The notes: generated by a model from the sequence alone, not told the origin. A stretch of 64,000 bases of DNA from Octopus bimaculoides (GCF_001194135.2 NC_068986.1:111122761-111186760); one strand, 5' to 3'; shown: positions 25,697 to 38,700, counted from the first letter of the stretch. Numbers and translations are program-made.

Positions 25697-26656
25697 ATCT
25701 CTGGCATTGAGAAATATCAATAGTCAATACAATTAGCTGCCATCAGCTCAGTTCACTTAGCGGAAAGTAATTAGCGTAACTAGCGTAACGTCGTGTAGTC
25801 AACTTTATTCAGTATCACCGGAAATATATGAATTATGATGAAACGTGGTAAATTTGAAGTTACAGAGAATGATATTAAAATTCCTAAAATAAAGAAATTT
25901 TAAAATAGACCCAAAGAGAAACAAGGTTGTCAGCCGTTTCATCGATTTTGATACACCTTGATTTTTCTCAATAACGATAATATTAACTTTTACATGGGAA
26001 ACAAACCAGGATTTGAATAGCAAAAACTGTCCGTTATCTCCTCGATTTCTGCACTTGAAGGGTTTGTATTTCATTAACCAGTGAAGGATGAGAGCCCAAC
26101 TCGGTATCAGTGTGGTATGAACTCACAAAGGAAAACAAACGTGCTACTAAATATGGAAAGGAGTATTGTTCAAGATTCTAGAACATTCGCTAATCCAATT
26201 ACCTCTGTATTACCGGAAGATGATTCCACTTCACAATGTTCCCCTTCACTAACTGATACTTTTCTTTATTTCAAATTGTCCTGCTTAAATTAGAATGACG
26301 AACCCAGCAAAGTTAAGAAGAACTACGTGGGTAGAAACAAACAAATCACATGACATATTGGCCAACATAAACTTATTTTCTTTTCTTAGCATCTTTCTGA
26401 AAAGTATTAATGATAAACAACATGGAAATTGAGTAAAATAATTAAAATATGATTATTTCCATGAAAGTGTTAAAGCAGACCTATTGTTTATATAATGTTT
26501 TCGCCGTTGCGTCATGCGGCATCTCATCATCTTAATGAATGATGACTGCATTGAGTGGTTTTAACTCCTTTCATACACATACANNNNNNNNNNNNNNNNN
26601 NNNNNNNNNNNNNNNNNNNNNNNNNNNNNNNNNNNNNNNNNNNNNNNNNNNNNNNN

Positions 26657-26713
<57 letters not shown>

Positions 26714-27118
26714 TTGTGTGTGTGCTTATAAAGACACACACACACACACACATACACACACACACAGATACACAATTACAGGCAACCCACATAAGCACAT
26801 GTATACATATTCAAAAAGAGTAGTTTGTGTGAGTTAAAATGTCGCCATTTACCACAGGCGCCTAGTGTATTCATAGTATTCATAATGTATCATTATATAA
26901 AAGAAAATTGTTTATTTATTTATTATTCTTTTAGCACACATATTTAGCATGTCTGCTGCTTGTCAAAACAGTTTGTTACCAATCTATATTAGAAGTACTT
27001 CCTGGTTATTAAAATAACACCACAGACTCCCAGCAGTGTAACGAAAACACGAAAGGCGAATGTCAAAAGACCGTTCTTGTACATGATTGTATATAGGTAT
27101 GTAGATATACACACACAC

Positions 27119-27392
27119 ATATATATATATATATGTGTGTGGGGGTAGTAAATTAATACAAGCATATATATATAGTGTTGGTGTGCATGTGTATATATAT
27201 TCATACATGACTGCAAGCCTACAGACCTATCTTATATAGATACTTGCGTATGTACATGAGTACATATATATATATATATATGTGTGTGGGGGTAGTAAAT
27301 TAATACAAGCATATATATATAGTGTTGGTGTGCATGTGTATATATATTCATACATGACTGCAAGCCTACAGACCTATCTTATATAGATACTT
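27119..27392. repeat. 147-bp-period tandem duplication running into an N gap
   Basis: GGGGGTAGTAAATTAATACAAGC...CCTATCTTATATAGATACTT at 27141 and 27288, apparently identical. Confidence 0.9.
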
Positions 27393-27779
27393 NNNNNNNN
27401 NNNNNNNNNNNNNNNNNNNNNNNNNNNNNNNNNNNNNNNNNNNNNNNNNNNNNNNNNNNNNNNNNNNNNNNNNNNNNNNNNNNNNNNNNNNNNNNNNNNN
27501 NNNNNNNNNNNNNNNNNNNNNNNNNNNNNNNNNNNNNNNNNNNNNNNNNNNNNNNNNNNNNNNNNNNNNNNNNNNNNNNNNNNNNNNNNNATAATTTTAT
27601 CATGAAGGACATTTTAATAACGGTTTCAGTCTTTGCAACTTTTTCAACTTACAGTAACGCGTGAAAAACAATTAAATGCGGAAAAATTAAATGGAATGTT
27701 TTTGTTTTTTCTAATATTTCCACAGTTTAGAAATGCAAGGGACATTGTCCTTTTTATTGTCTGTCTGTCTCTCACTCTC

Positions 27780-29880
27780 TCTTTTTTTACTCTTGGGACG
27801 GCTTGGTAGCATGTAGCAGGTAGTCTTAATATTTGCTATGAGTTCTTGGTCTTGAACGTGTAAGCAGTAGTAGTAGCTGGGGGAAGACACAAAGAAGAAG
27901 AAGAAGAAGAAGAAGAAGAAGAAGAATGCGGGAGTGGTATGACAGTAATAAGATGTTGCTGGAATCCCCTTAAATGTTCAAGTGACCTAATAGTGACACG
28001 TTGTGGTTCTAAGAGTAGTGATTAGAATTGTTCTGAATAAATTGTTTTTCAAAGGATGGCGAACGGTTCGCTTCGATACAGTTTACAAACTCCCAGGTTG
28101 TTTTTGTGCGGGGTATCTTCATCGAAGACGGACCAGGATAGTGTATGGGGAATGATATGGGACTTGAAATTGTGTACGTTGCGAGAGAGGTAGATAGTTT
28201 ACAAGTTCGATTGTAGAATTAGGTATGTGCGCTTGAAATTCATAGTGTTACTAATGTAAACACCTACCAAGTGGGAACGTGGTGTTACTTCCTAGCATTC
28301 ATAGACTACATTTTGCTTAACCAGTATCCTCCAAGAGGACAGTGTCAAAATACCCATAAATTGCAGGTCTACATACTTTCACTGAAGTTGGAATTCATCC
28401 TGAGAAAGCATTTGTTTCATTGCTATCAGTACAGGTGTTGGGTTGGGCGGGGTGTCACCGCTGCTATATGTGGCCGTATTGGTAGTAATATGCTGAGTAG
28501 CATTAAGGTTAATATTATTGAATCAGGTGGCATTTCAAACGATTGTATTATTGTGGTGTGGTGGGGTTCAGAAGCGATACATCGTAGGCGCTAACATCAT
28601 GCAGTAAATGTTTCGTCTGTTTGGAGGCAATTATTCTAAGTTATGCGAGTGGAGTAGGAGATTTAAATGGATGATTTATCGAAGATAGGAGGATGTTTAT
28701 GTTGTGGTGGGAAATTGGAGTAAAACCTTAGGTAGAGACTTAACGTGAAGGGGGAAAGATGACGCTTCATAAATTATGGGACTAACAGCGCAGAGGTGTA
28801 GTGGGAGGGTCTACGTAACGAAGCTTGAGGTCATTATAACTTCGTGGTGGCCGGAGGGGCTGGCGAGTGCAATACGTTGGGTTTTTTTTTTTTAAGATTG
28901 ATGAAAGTAATCTGGCGAGTCCAGCATTGGTAAAAGGAATGATATTGTGCGAGTTTAAGTTTAGTGATGGGGATATAAAAGTTCTTTCTGCAAAACCGTT
29001 GATTCGAGGAGCTTGTATATAAAACGGGGATGATTGTTAAAGATGTCTTTATTTGCTAAGTTAGAAATTCTAATAGAGATTCCGGTGACTATACTATTAT
29101 GATTAAGTGAGAGTGAATAGAGAGGACGACGATATATATTGTAATGATTTATTGTGTTTATGGAAAGGGTAATACAAGAAATTGACAACTTTCCTATTAT
29201 TTTCAAAAGAAGTAATTAGTTATAATTTTTAAAGTTTCTATGGAGTTCTCTTCGAGTGCGTTTCATCACCAGTCGAGATAAACCATTGGCTGTAAGGAAT
29301 GCATCATCGCAGGGCATACCTGCAGATAGGTTGAGAAAATGTTTATTGATCTGGGAAAGAAGGAAGAGACTAACCACGTCAGTAAATTGGATGACGTCGT
29401 ATGAACCCATGCAAATCCACAGTCGAATTGCGGGTCCAGTAATTATCATTGAAGCATGTGTTTTTCCTAGCCACCAGGATGATGTCGATAACAGATCGGG
29501 AATGAATCCGAGTGATGACGTAGCAAGTACAATTAAAAAGAGGGAGATTAATCTTGTTCTTGATAGAGATAAGATTCGGTCGATTATGCATTTGCTAATT
29601 CGATCCATGTCTGGTTTTATGGCCCTTCACAGTGAATCAGGGAGTTTAGCGTGTATGTTTCAGTTCCATCCAGTAGTCCCAGATCCGCCATCAGCTTATA
29701 ATAGTGGTTGTTATTGTCCTTAAGCACATTCACATCTGCATGCCTACTATTTCTAATTAGGCTCCTTGCACATAACGTTGGTAGGTGTTTCAACCGGGAG
29801 GGTGTAAAGAGTTCTAGCTCGGAGAGAAGAATTATGTGGCAGGGGCGGGGAGAATTTGTTATCTGAGATATACTCTTGGA
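27780..29880 (-). mobile_element. Degenerate Penelope-like element: RT plus C-terminal GIY-YIG endonuclease (MGSYD/LYRDD-type RT)
   Basis: Minus strand: IKPDMDRISKCIIDRIL; IDIILVARKN..NYWTRNS; CMGSYDVIQFTDVVSLFLL..AGMPCDDAFL (29300-29410); ISIRISNLANKDIFNNHPRF; HKHPPIFDKSSI*ISYST; TCN....HCPLGG (28327-28368); NVVYEC...VGVYIS.TMNFKR; LSWSVFD; VCKLYRSEPFAIL. Many stops and frameshifts; element ends approximate. Confidence 0.85.
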
Positions 29881-29995
29881 AATAACCTTCAGGAAAGAAT
29901 TGGTTTTATTATTTTGTTTCGCTCAAATAGTCTTATTTGTTTATTTACATTAATATCTCTCTCTATCTCTCTCTTTCTACACACATGAGCGCGCG

Positions 29996-30103
<108 letters not shown>

Positions 30104-30626
30104 TATATGATACATAGATGCGTAGAAACAGATATATATTATATGTATGTGTATGTATATAAATATTATAAGTGTATGTGCGTGCGTGTGTAAATGTATG
30201 TATACTAAAACTAGTAAATAGACAGAATATTTTGCATATTAAAACAGCATCCGTTCTGCTATTGGACAATATTTGGCAAAATGCGTTTCCGCCAGCCACA
30301 GATCATCTAAGATTGTTATATTTTAATGGCGTCCTTGGTGGTTGCATTACTCGTAAAACAGGCTTGTACTATGTTGAAATCTCAGATTGCAAGAATATAT
30401 GTCAAACACTAAGGGGACATTGAATAATTTCGCTAATATATAACCAATTTGGAACAATATATATAGATCGTTTCTTTCATTATTGATATGAAATTGACAA
30501 GTTTCATTATAATGAAACGGTCTAAATACTTCACACATCAAGATTATTTACAAATATTTATTACAACTAAATCTCTAAATCACATATTACGTATGTTTGT
30601 GTTTTCACATATACACAGAGATGTAT

Positions 30627-30790
30627 AGGCATGGCTATCAGGCGACAAATGTCGCTTTTCCAGCACTCGCTTTCAGGTCAGTCTCAATAGGTGACAAATT
30701 GTGTAAGTGTCTAACAAAATGGCCCTAGAGCGCCAATTTCCTAAGTAAACTTGATAGAAGGAAATTGCGCTGAAGCCAGCCATGTGTATA
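30627..30790 (+). mobile_element. Highly degenerate head/CORE of SINE family A
   Basis: GGCATGGCT...GGTCAGTCTC...GTAAGTGTCT...TTGATAGAAGGAAA..GAAGCC followed by a microsatellite, the same order as the copy at 9836. Confidence 0.45.
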
Positions 30791-30838
30791 ATTATGTATG
30801 TATGTATGTATGTATGTATATATATATATGATACCATA

Positions 30839-30902
<64 letters not shown>

Positions 30903-30957
30903 TTGTGTGTGTGTATGTGTGGGTGTGTGTGTACATATGCCTAGACGTATATAAATA

Positions 30958-31740
30958 CATATGTGGGCACAGGAAGTCACGAAACGTGTACAACAAAACA
31001 TACGGAGTACGAGAACTTGGAATATAAACTATTTTTTCGAACAATGAAAGACAAAAACGGAAAATAAGACAAACAACACAGAGAGCGACCCTTCATCAGT
31101 TGTTGTTTATTTTTCGACTCTCGTATGTCGAACATTTAACAACAAAATACGCTTTCGATAAAACAGTTACTCCTGTAAAGCAAACTGAATAAAATTTGTG
31201 GATTTTGCGGAGGGTCAAAATTGGTAACACAAACAGGACAGTGGAAACGAACAGGAAGGGCTGCTAAGCCTTAACGAAGTTGTGGTGCCGAACGCGTAAA
31301 TTAAGCTTAGACAATAGAGAGAGAAGAACACGTCTTCCTTGACCCAGCTACAACGGAGAGAAAGAATGAAATATAAGTTAAGAGATGAAAGATAACCGAA
31401 GGCCACGAGAGAGCCACATGAGCAAGGGAAGAAGAGTGAGGGAGAGAGAGTGGCACACACGGGGAGAAGGGGGAAAGCAAGAGTGGAGACATATAAGAAT
31501 GCGTCTGGTCTCGGCAACAGACTGAAGGAAAAGAAAGATGATCACGTGAGGAACGGGAGCAACGACAAAGAGTGAAGAAGGAAGAGGGCAAGAGAGACAG
31601 ATAGAAAACGCTAAAGTGGAGAAAAAACATGAGCGAATGGATGAGAGAGAAAAAGAAAATGGGAAGAAGGGGAGAACAAAAAATTTACAGAAAGGAAGAG
31701 AAAGAGAAAACGAAAGGGGGAAAGGAAGAACAGTACGACT
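30958..31740 (-). mobile_element. Non-autonomous repeat, probably PLE-derived, inserted in a microsatellite
   Basis: Shares terminal CCTGTGCCCACATATG, CTGATGAAG (31093-31099, minus) and the CT-rich CCTTCCTGTT..TTTCC..TGTCCTGTTT block with the repeats at 58468 and 63707. Confidence 0.55.
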
Positions 31741-32974
31741 CTACTCTGTACTCTCTCTCTCACTTTCGTTTTCTCCGTCTTCCTTTATCTAAATCTTTTT
31801 CCCCCTTCTCCTCAAATTTCATTTTCGTTCCCAGTAGCAACTATTTTTCGAAGCTACATATTGTCGGGAATTGCTCGAAATGTGGAGTAGATAGACAGCC
31901 GACAAGTGATGAATGGTCGTTCTTTATGTTACTTGTCTCGATTTCCATTTGTTTCTCTCAATGTCCGCGCACCCAGGTTTGACATCGTATTTCCTGTTTT
32001 CAGATTTCGTAATCTATGTCGTTCTCTTATTTCTTGTTAATTACATTTTGTGACGTCCTGTTCCCATATATGCATATATATTAACACATCATACACTAAT
32101 ACATCTATTTGTTTTCTACATCACGTATCTNNNNNNNNNNNNNNNNNNNNNNNNNNNNNNNNNNNNNNNNNNNNNNNNNNNNNNNNNNNNNNNNNNNNNN
32201 NNNNNNNNNNNNNNNNNNNNNNNNNNNNNNTATATACCCACACACTTGAAATTTATACATAACACATCACAGAAATATTGTTATTTAGAGAGAAACTTTA
32301 GATTGTTCCATGCCAGCATATACTCATGTATATACATGTATATACTCATGTATATACATGTTTACTTGTGGATGTGACTTTGTAAGTGTTTAAGCATACA
32401 TTGTTTCGAAGTTTAGATTTTCTTATGGAAATTTTGCAAGTTGAGATGTTCTTGAACTTTTGTACTTATATTAGAAATATATATCTCATCTTATTGGTCA
32501 ATGAAAGGAAAGCCATCGAAAAATTTGATCTGAAGTCACTCCGACATCTTTTATTTAATTTGTTGTTATGAATTTACCCTTTTGTTGAGTTCAACCATAA
32601 TTGATTTATATTTACAATGATTTAGCATAGAATTGTTTGTAAAAACTATGAGATAATGCAGTTGATATTTAATCATGACGAATAATGTATGATGTCTTTT
32701 ATTGTTCTGTTTTCGCGACAAACCAAGTTCCCCGCCAACACATTTTATCAAATAAAGCAATAGAATGGGAATGAATACAATTTTCTAAGAAACAAATATT
32801 TTTTAAATTTTTTATTTTTAGTTTTGATTGGCAAAACCGAACATAAATTTGGTGCATACAGAGTGAGTCAGAGCTGTTGGCTGCAGGCTATTATTTTACT
32901 TTAACAAGGATGAAGCGTTCTATCAACGAACGTGAGATTGGCAGGAAAATATTATTATTTCATTCTATTCTATG

Positions 32975-32988
32975 GTTTCCATAGAAAC
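32975..32988. promoter_or_regulatory. RFX X-box consensus match
   Basis: GTTTCCATAGAAAC fits GTHNYYATRRNAAC; AP-1 TGAGTCA at about 32864. Motif match only. Confidence 0.3.
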
Positions 32989-33320
32989 ATTTGCTTTCTC
33001 ATCTAACGCACAAGACAGATTGACCTTCAACACACTTGAATATCTTTACAAACACTGATGCCACAACATAGCAGGAAGTTGGTATTGTACTGTTTGGTAC
33101 TGTTATCAATGCGTTTGTCGAGCGAATGGAGGCTTAAATACATTTAGTTATCGCAAAAAGAACTCTTGGAACATATAGATATAACAGCATTCTATCTATT
33201 ATATTGGAATCAGCTAACCATCTTGGACGAAGGAATAATCAAATAAGGATTCCCAAAACAAGTTTTCCTCACACATAGAGATGTACACACAAGAACTATA
33301 CATACATACACACACACACG

Positions 33321-33383
<63 letters not shown>

Positions 33384-34624
33384 GCATACATATTTACCTA
33401 CATGCACAGATACATCTATGTGGGATGTGGGCTACGTGTGTAATGATACAGTTCGTCATGGATAATACATTGTAACGCAGGTTTTCCTGGTTTGTTTATA
33501 CTAAACTATCATCAGAAGGTAAGCATGACCTGTTACTAAAGTGCCCATGACAAAATACTTATTCATACGCAGATCATTCTGATGTCTTATCCATGTTGTA
33601 AACAAACTATATACATGAGTGATTCCTGATATACAAAAGATTTTATGGCAAAAAAATGTCCTATGATATTTCCAGATATTAAAAAAAAAGGTCTTCAAAA
33701 ATAATACAAATATAGCAAAGGATTAAGAATTATATGGAAGTCCATTGATTAGATTATCAACATGCGATTACATAGTATTGAAAATGTAGATAAATGAATG
33801 TACAGAAGGGTTTCTTCTACGGATTGAAAATTACTAAAACATATAAATGATGATATAAAGCTAACAAATGATTGCCAAAATAGAAGGGTCGAGAACCATT
33901 TAAAACTGATGTGGATGGCGTATGTTGTGTAATTGTTTTGTTCTTTTTGAAGTTCCCTATTATATTTCCATACAATTACTAGATTAAATCATTAAGAATT
34001 TTAAGATGTAGAAAATACATTATATTCGTAGTTATAACGCATATCAAGTGTCAATTAAAAACCATCTCGACAACCAGCTGCGAAATATAATTATTGCTCA
34101 AAACCGTGAAAATACTAGTGTAGAGATTTACACTACGTATTGAAACAAAAAAAAATGTAGTAGCAATAAACTTCAATTGGACAAGTGATTCCATTCTCAG
34201 CTAAAAACAGCTGCAGGTTACACTTAAGTGCCATTTGGAGAATATTGCTTGCTTCAAACTTAAAGGCAGATTAAGCATTTTCGTATAAACACGAGATCTG
34301 TTCACTCAATAAAAATAAAACTTATAGCTAATACTAAAGTTAGAGTAAGGAGTTAATCTCGATCAATGGAATAATAATATAATAATTATCAGTTCATAGT
34401 TAATATACAAAATAAAACCCAACTTTATTCCCATTATTATTAAAGATAACATCTGACGATCATTATAACATGGTTTGCTATTGTATTTAACAATATAGAT
34501 GTCAGTGCTCTAGATATTGTTATACCTATTTATAATTCTTTCTGCCTGTATTAAAATGCATGTATAAAACAAATTCTTTCTATTGTAACATGATATATAG
34601 CAACGTTGCCTTGTACACATATAC

Positions 34625-34707
<83 letters not shown>

Positions 34708-34759
34708 CTAATTTAGAGACAAACCACCATTCCACAACTCAGTCAATGAAGAACCTGTC

Positions 34760-35501
34760 CAAAACCATGCTGTGAGACATATACCATACAAAATACTAAT
34801 CTAATGAAATATCCACTCTCACTTATAGGCGAGGGAATTACGCGTGCCAAGAAATTAGACATAAAAAACACTAAGGACAACAAAACATAACACCGCACCT
34901 CATCTGAAAACAGTGCTGTATATATCAACCCTAGAAAAAATTGGGAATACAACGCTATTGTGCAAAATCTTCCTTTACTAAGTAAAGAACCAAAAATGAA
35001 CATCTTGAAAGCACATAAATTCATCAAATGCAAAAAGCAGCACAAATGGCTAAAGAGACTTCTAACAAATTCGAATCTTTACACAACAACCACGAAACCA
35101 ACGGTTAAAAAAGTGGACGCCCAAATTGTGGAAGATGCCCCAAATTACTTGAGGGCTCGGATTTCCTTTTCAAACAAGGAGGTTCACAATTAAAACCAAC
35201 TCCACTTGTGCCTCTGAGAACCTAATTTATATAATAATCTGCTCAGGTTGTGGACATCACTATATAGGACAGACGAGTATGACATTGAGACGGAAGAAGC
35301 GCTTTACATAAAGAGCAGATCCAGTTCCCACAATACAGACATATTCCTTTAAAGAAACATATATGTGCAGGTAACATGAAACCAAATTTGACAGTTTTCC
35401 GCTTCTACCAGTGCAAAGATACTATTTCTTTAGAAGAACGTTTAAATAAAGAAAATGTTTTCATCCAAAAATATAGAACAGGTCTAAATAGGGACACATA
35501 A
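34760..35501 (+). mobile_element. 5'-truncated Penelope-like element (Neptune-like: Cys-rich linker plus GIY-YIG), next to a long (TA)n
   Basis: KYPLSLIGEGITRAKKLDI; VQNLPLLSKEPKMNILKAHKFIKCKKQHKWLKRLLT; decayed KKCGRPNCG.CP linker; IKTNSTCASENLIYIIICSGCGHHYIGQTSMTLRR (35188-35293); RFYQCKDTISLEERLNKENVFIQKYRTGLN. Stop at 35499-35501. Confidence 0.9.
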
Positions 35502-35793
35502 CCAACTTTGATCTCTATACATGTTTCAATTCACGATTACATACCCATCTCTGTACATATTTCTCCCCACTAATCTAGTTTTTGAATTTTTGTGTGTATA
35601 TGTATATATATATCCCCCCTCCCACCGTAAGATGAATAATAATCTCCCCTGTACACAATAATAACGATAACCAATTTCCTCTGCTTAATTTGTTCTACTT
35701 GTTGAATTATTCATTCATAAGCTTCACAGACACCGTGGACAATAATTTAAAAAAAACATTTTCTTAAGAAAATGCGTATTCAAATAAATTTTA

Positions 35794-35830
35794 ATTTCGT
35801 GATGAGCGAAAGCGAAACCGGTCGACAAAT
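35794..35830 (+). ncRNA. Minimal type-I hammerhead ribozyme in the PLE 3' region (C3G variant)
   Basis: ATTTC-GTGATGA-GC(GAAA)GC-GAA-ACCGGT-C-GACAAAT: core 6/7, stem II closed by a GAAA tetraloop, exact GAAA, palindromic stem III, GUC site (cleavage would be after 35823), imperfect stem I. Confidence 0.75.
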
Positions 35831-35850
35831 ACAATAGAAGACATACTCCC

Positions 35851-36061
35851 TCTTTTACTTGTTTCAGTCATTTGAGTGCAGCCATGCAGAAGCACCGCCT
35901 TTAGTCGAGCAAATCGACCCCAGGACATATTCTTTGGATGTCTACTACTTATTCTATCGGGCCCTATTGCCGAACCGCTAAGTTACGGGGACGTAAATAC
36001 ACCAGCATCGGTTGTCAAGCGATGTTTTTTTTTGGGGGGAAAGATAGACACAAAAACATAT

Positions 36062-36092
<31 letters not shown>

Positions 36093-36255
36093 CGACGGGC
36101 TTCTTTCAGTTTCTGTCTACCAAATTCACTCACAAGGCTTTGGTCGGCCCGAGGCTATAGTAGAAGACACTTGCCCAAGATGCCACGCAGTGAGAATGAA
36201 CCCGGAACCATGTAAGTAAGCAAACTACTTACCACACAGCCACTCCTGCTCCTAT
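35851..36255 (-). mobile_element. SINE family A, full length
   Basis: Reverse complement of the 9836-10770 type: tail CTTTTACTTGTTTCAGTCATTTGAGTGCAGCCATGC, internal microsatellite, head ...ACCACACAGCCACTCCTGCTCCT. Confidence 0.9.
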
Positions 36256-37365
36256 ATTAAAAAAATTATTAAACTGTGATGTGTGTGCATTTCCCTTCTT
36301 TAATTTCTTATATATATATATGTGTGTGTGTGTGTGTATATGATTGTATATAGTGTACTGGTTCGTGATGGTAAGGTAAAACAGTATGTACCCCAACTGG
36401 TGAGAGATAAATATTAGTTAATAAACAAAGTATATATTTTTAATGATCTGCTAATAGTTTTAAGCGATGAAATCAAACAGAATTTTATAACACTTCTGGT
36501 GCCTTCACGCAATTGTCACGCTCTGAAGATTTCGTGGAGCCCTTTTATAAAATGCTGAGCGGTTTCTTCCCATGAAACCATTAGTAGCTCATAAAAATAT
36601 ATACTGTGTTCATTAAGTAATACACACACGTAAACGCACACATATACACATACAAACACGTGCACACACACACAGATTCACACACAAGTACATATAAGCA
36701 TATACTGGTAATTGTTTGATACGATGAACTTTACTAAACCCTGTAGCATGGACCCGGTAAACCATTGTGCTGGAAAATCCTTGTTAAGTTGACCGTGACA
36801 TCAAAGCGATAACACCTTACAATTTTAAGGAAAAGAACTAGTACCTATTAATATTGGAAACTTGTTCATAAAATCTTCCTTAGTGAAAACATTTCGTACA
36901 GACAGACAGTAAGATACATTCATATATAGATAAATAGACATAGATAGACTGATAGAGAGAGAGATAGGATGGACATTTATAAATATGTAAATATATATTC
37001 ACATATAATTATACAAAACACATAATATATATATATATATATATAAATGTAAAGCTTCTACATTTGGGTATAAAACGTGTAGTATGATATTTAAAGCCCG
37101 TTGACTGTATCGTCGGGCTTCGCACCCCACTATTCACTCCCATGCATAGAAATAACACGTATACGTGTGTCAACGTACAGTCTTTCATGCAAGGAGTATA
37201 ATGTCAGTCATTGCTTATGGTGGCAAATGAGTGAAAATTTGCATACATTAGATACAATTTCAATATCATGCCTATTATATTGTCTTGACAAAACATTTGC
37301 TTCTCGATAGATGTCTGACTAAACTAGAAATGCGAATAAGCGAATATATTTTTATGTGCCTATGT

Positions 37366-37533
37366 CAAAAGCGATGTGCGTTTTGGGATTGAGTTGTTCG
37401 ACTAAAACCTTCAAGGTGGCGCCACAGTCCAATAAAACAAGTAAAAGAATAAACATGTTGCATGTGCTTGTGTGTGTGTGTGTGGGAGGGGTCGTATGCG
37501 TGTGTGTATTCCCACACAAAAGTACAGAAACAC
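37366..37533 (+). repeat. 168-bp direct repeat, copy 1 (SINE A tail plus flank)
   Basis: Identical by eye to 38701-38868, including the (TG)n length. Confidence 0.9.
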
Positions 37534-37989
37534 ATGGGTATATATATAATTTTCTGTGAAAATTTAAAGGTAGCTTAGGGTCAGTTTGAATGTCTGATTT
37601 TGTCTTGCCTTTTATTTTTCCTACTGTCTTGGGTTGTTTCTTTTTTTTTGTGCTTATTTAAGCATTTTACATCATCAGTGTAAAGTATTCTATTTCATTG
37701 ATTGATTTATATTAATTTCAGATGCTTTTGCTTTTTATAAGTCAATTTATTGTATATACGAGAAGTGTTCTTCATTATAACCCAAGTTTCACGTATATAC
37801 AAGTTGCACACTACAACCACTACAATGTATTCTAATCGAAATAAATTAAAAGGAGAGGAAAAAGCGACGTACCGTTCTGACATGTTACCTGGCAAAACAC
37901 ATCCGCATCTATGATGCACCACAAGTGTTTCTACAGTATTTCACCCGAAACGATCGTAGTTAATAATAGTCTCGTGAATTTCTCTTTCA

Positions 37990-38035
<46 letters not shown>

Positions 38036-38137
38036 NNNNNNNNNNNNNNNNNNNNNNNNNNNNNNNNNNNNNNNNNNNNNNNNNNNNNNNNNNNNNNNNN
38101 NNNNNNNNNNNNNNNNNNNNNNNNNNNNNNNNNNNNN

Positions 38138-38181
<44 letters not shown>

Positions 38182-38429
38182 GCATACATACCTACGTGCA
38201 TATATATACATATTCGCGCGTACACATATGTACATAGATGTATACTCACATACATATAAATTGACATATTCTCATATATATTTGCGTGTTTTGCAGGGCC
38301 ATTTTGCATTCTTGCCTTCAAGAGATTAGTCGAAAATATCAACACCATTTCTTACCTTTTAAAATATGGTAGTTATTCTGTCACTTCCTCGTTACCCGAA
38401 AGCTTTATTGCTTGGACGTAAAACAAACC

Positions 38430-38585
38430 AACTAGTTGTGTAGTGGTAGGGTGTTAAACACAAACACAAGATCACACACAAAAGCACACACACAAAGACA
38501 CATACACACACCTAATATATACAACGGCCTTCCATACTGTTTGTGTCTACCAAATTCACTCGTAAGGCATCGTTCAACAGGTGAC
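38430..38585 (-). mobile_element. SINE family A central fragment
   Basis: ATATACAACGGCCTTCCATACTGTTTGTGTCTACCAAATTCACTCGTAAGGC aligns to 36090-36140. Confidence 0.55.
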
Positions 38586-38700
38586 CATGAGACAAAGCTG
38601 AACTTTAGACGTGTATATGCTTTTGCGCGTCGGTTTCTCATCTTTCAGCCCTCGGCATTTTATGTTGATTTGTTTACATTAACGTAACAGAGAAGCTCGA

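Noticed and set aside
29256-29723. 155-aa plus-strand ORF
   Set aside because: Antisense shadow of the decayed PLE RT on the minus strand; no motif of its own.
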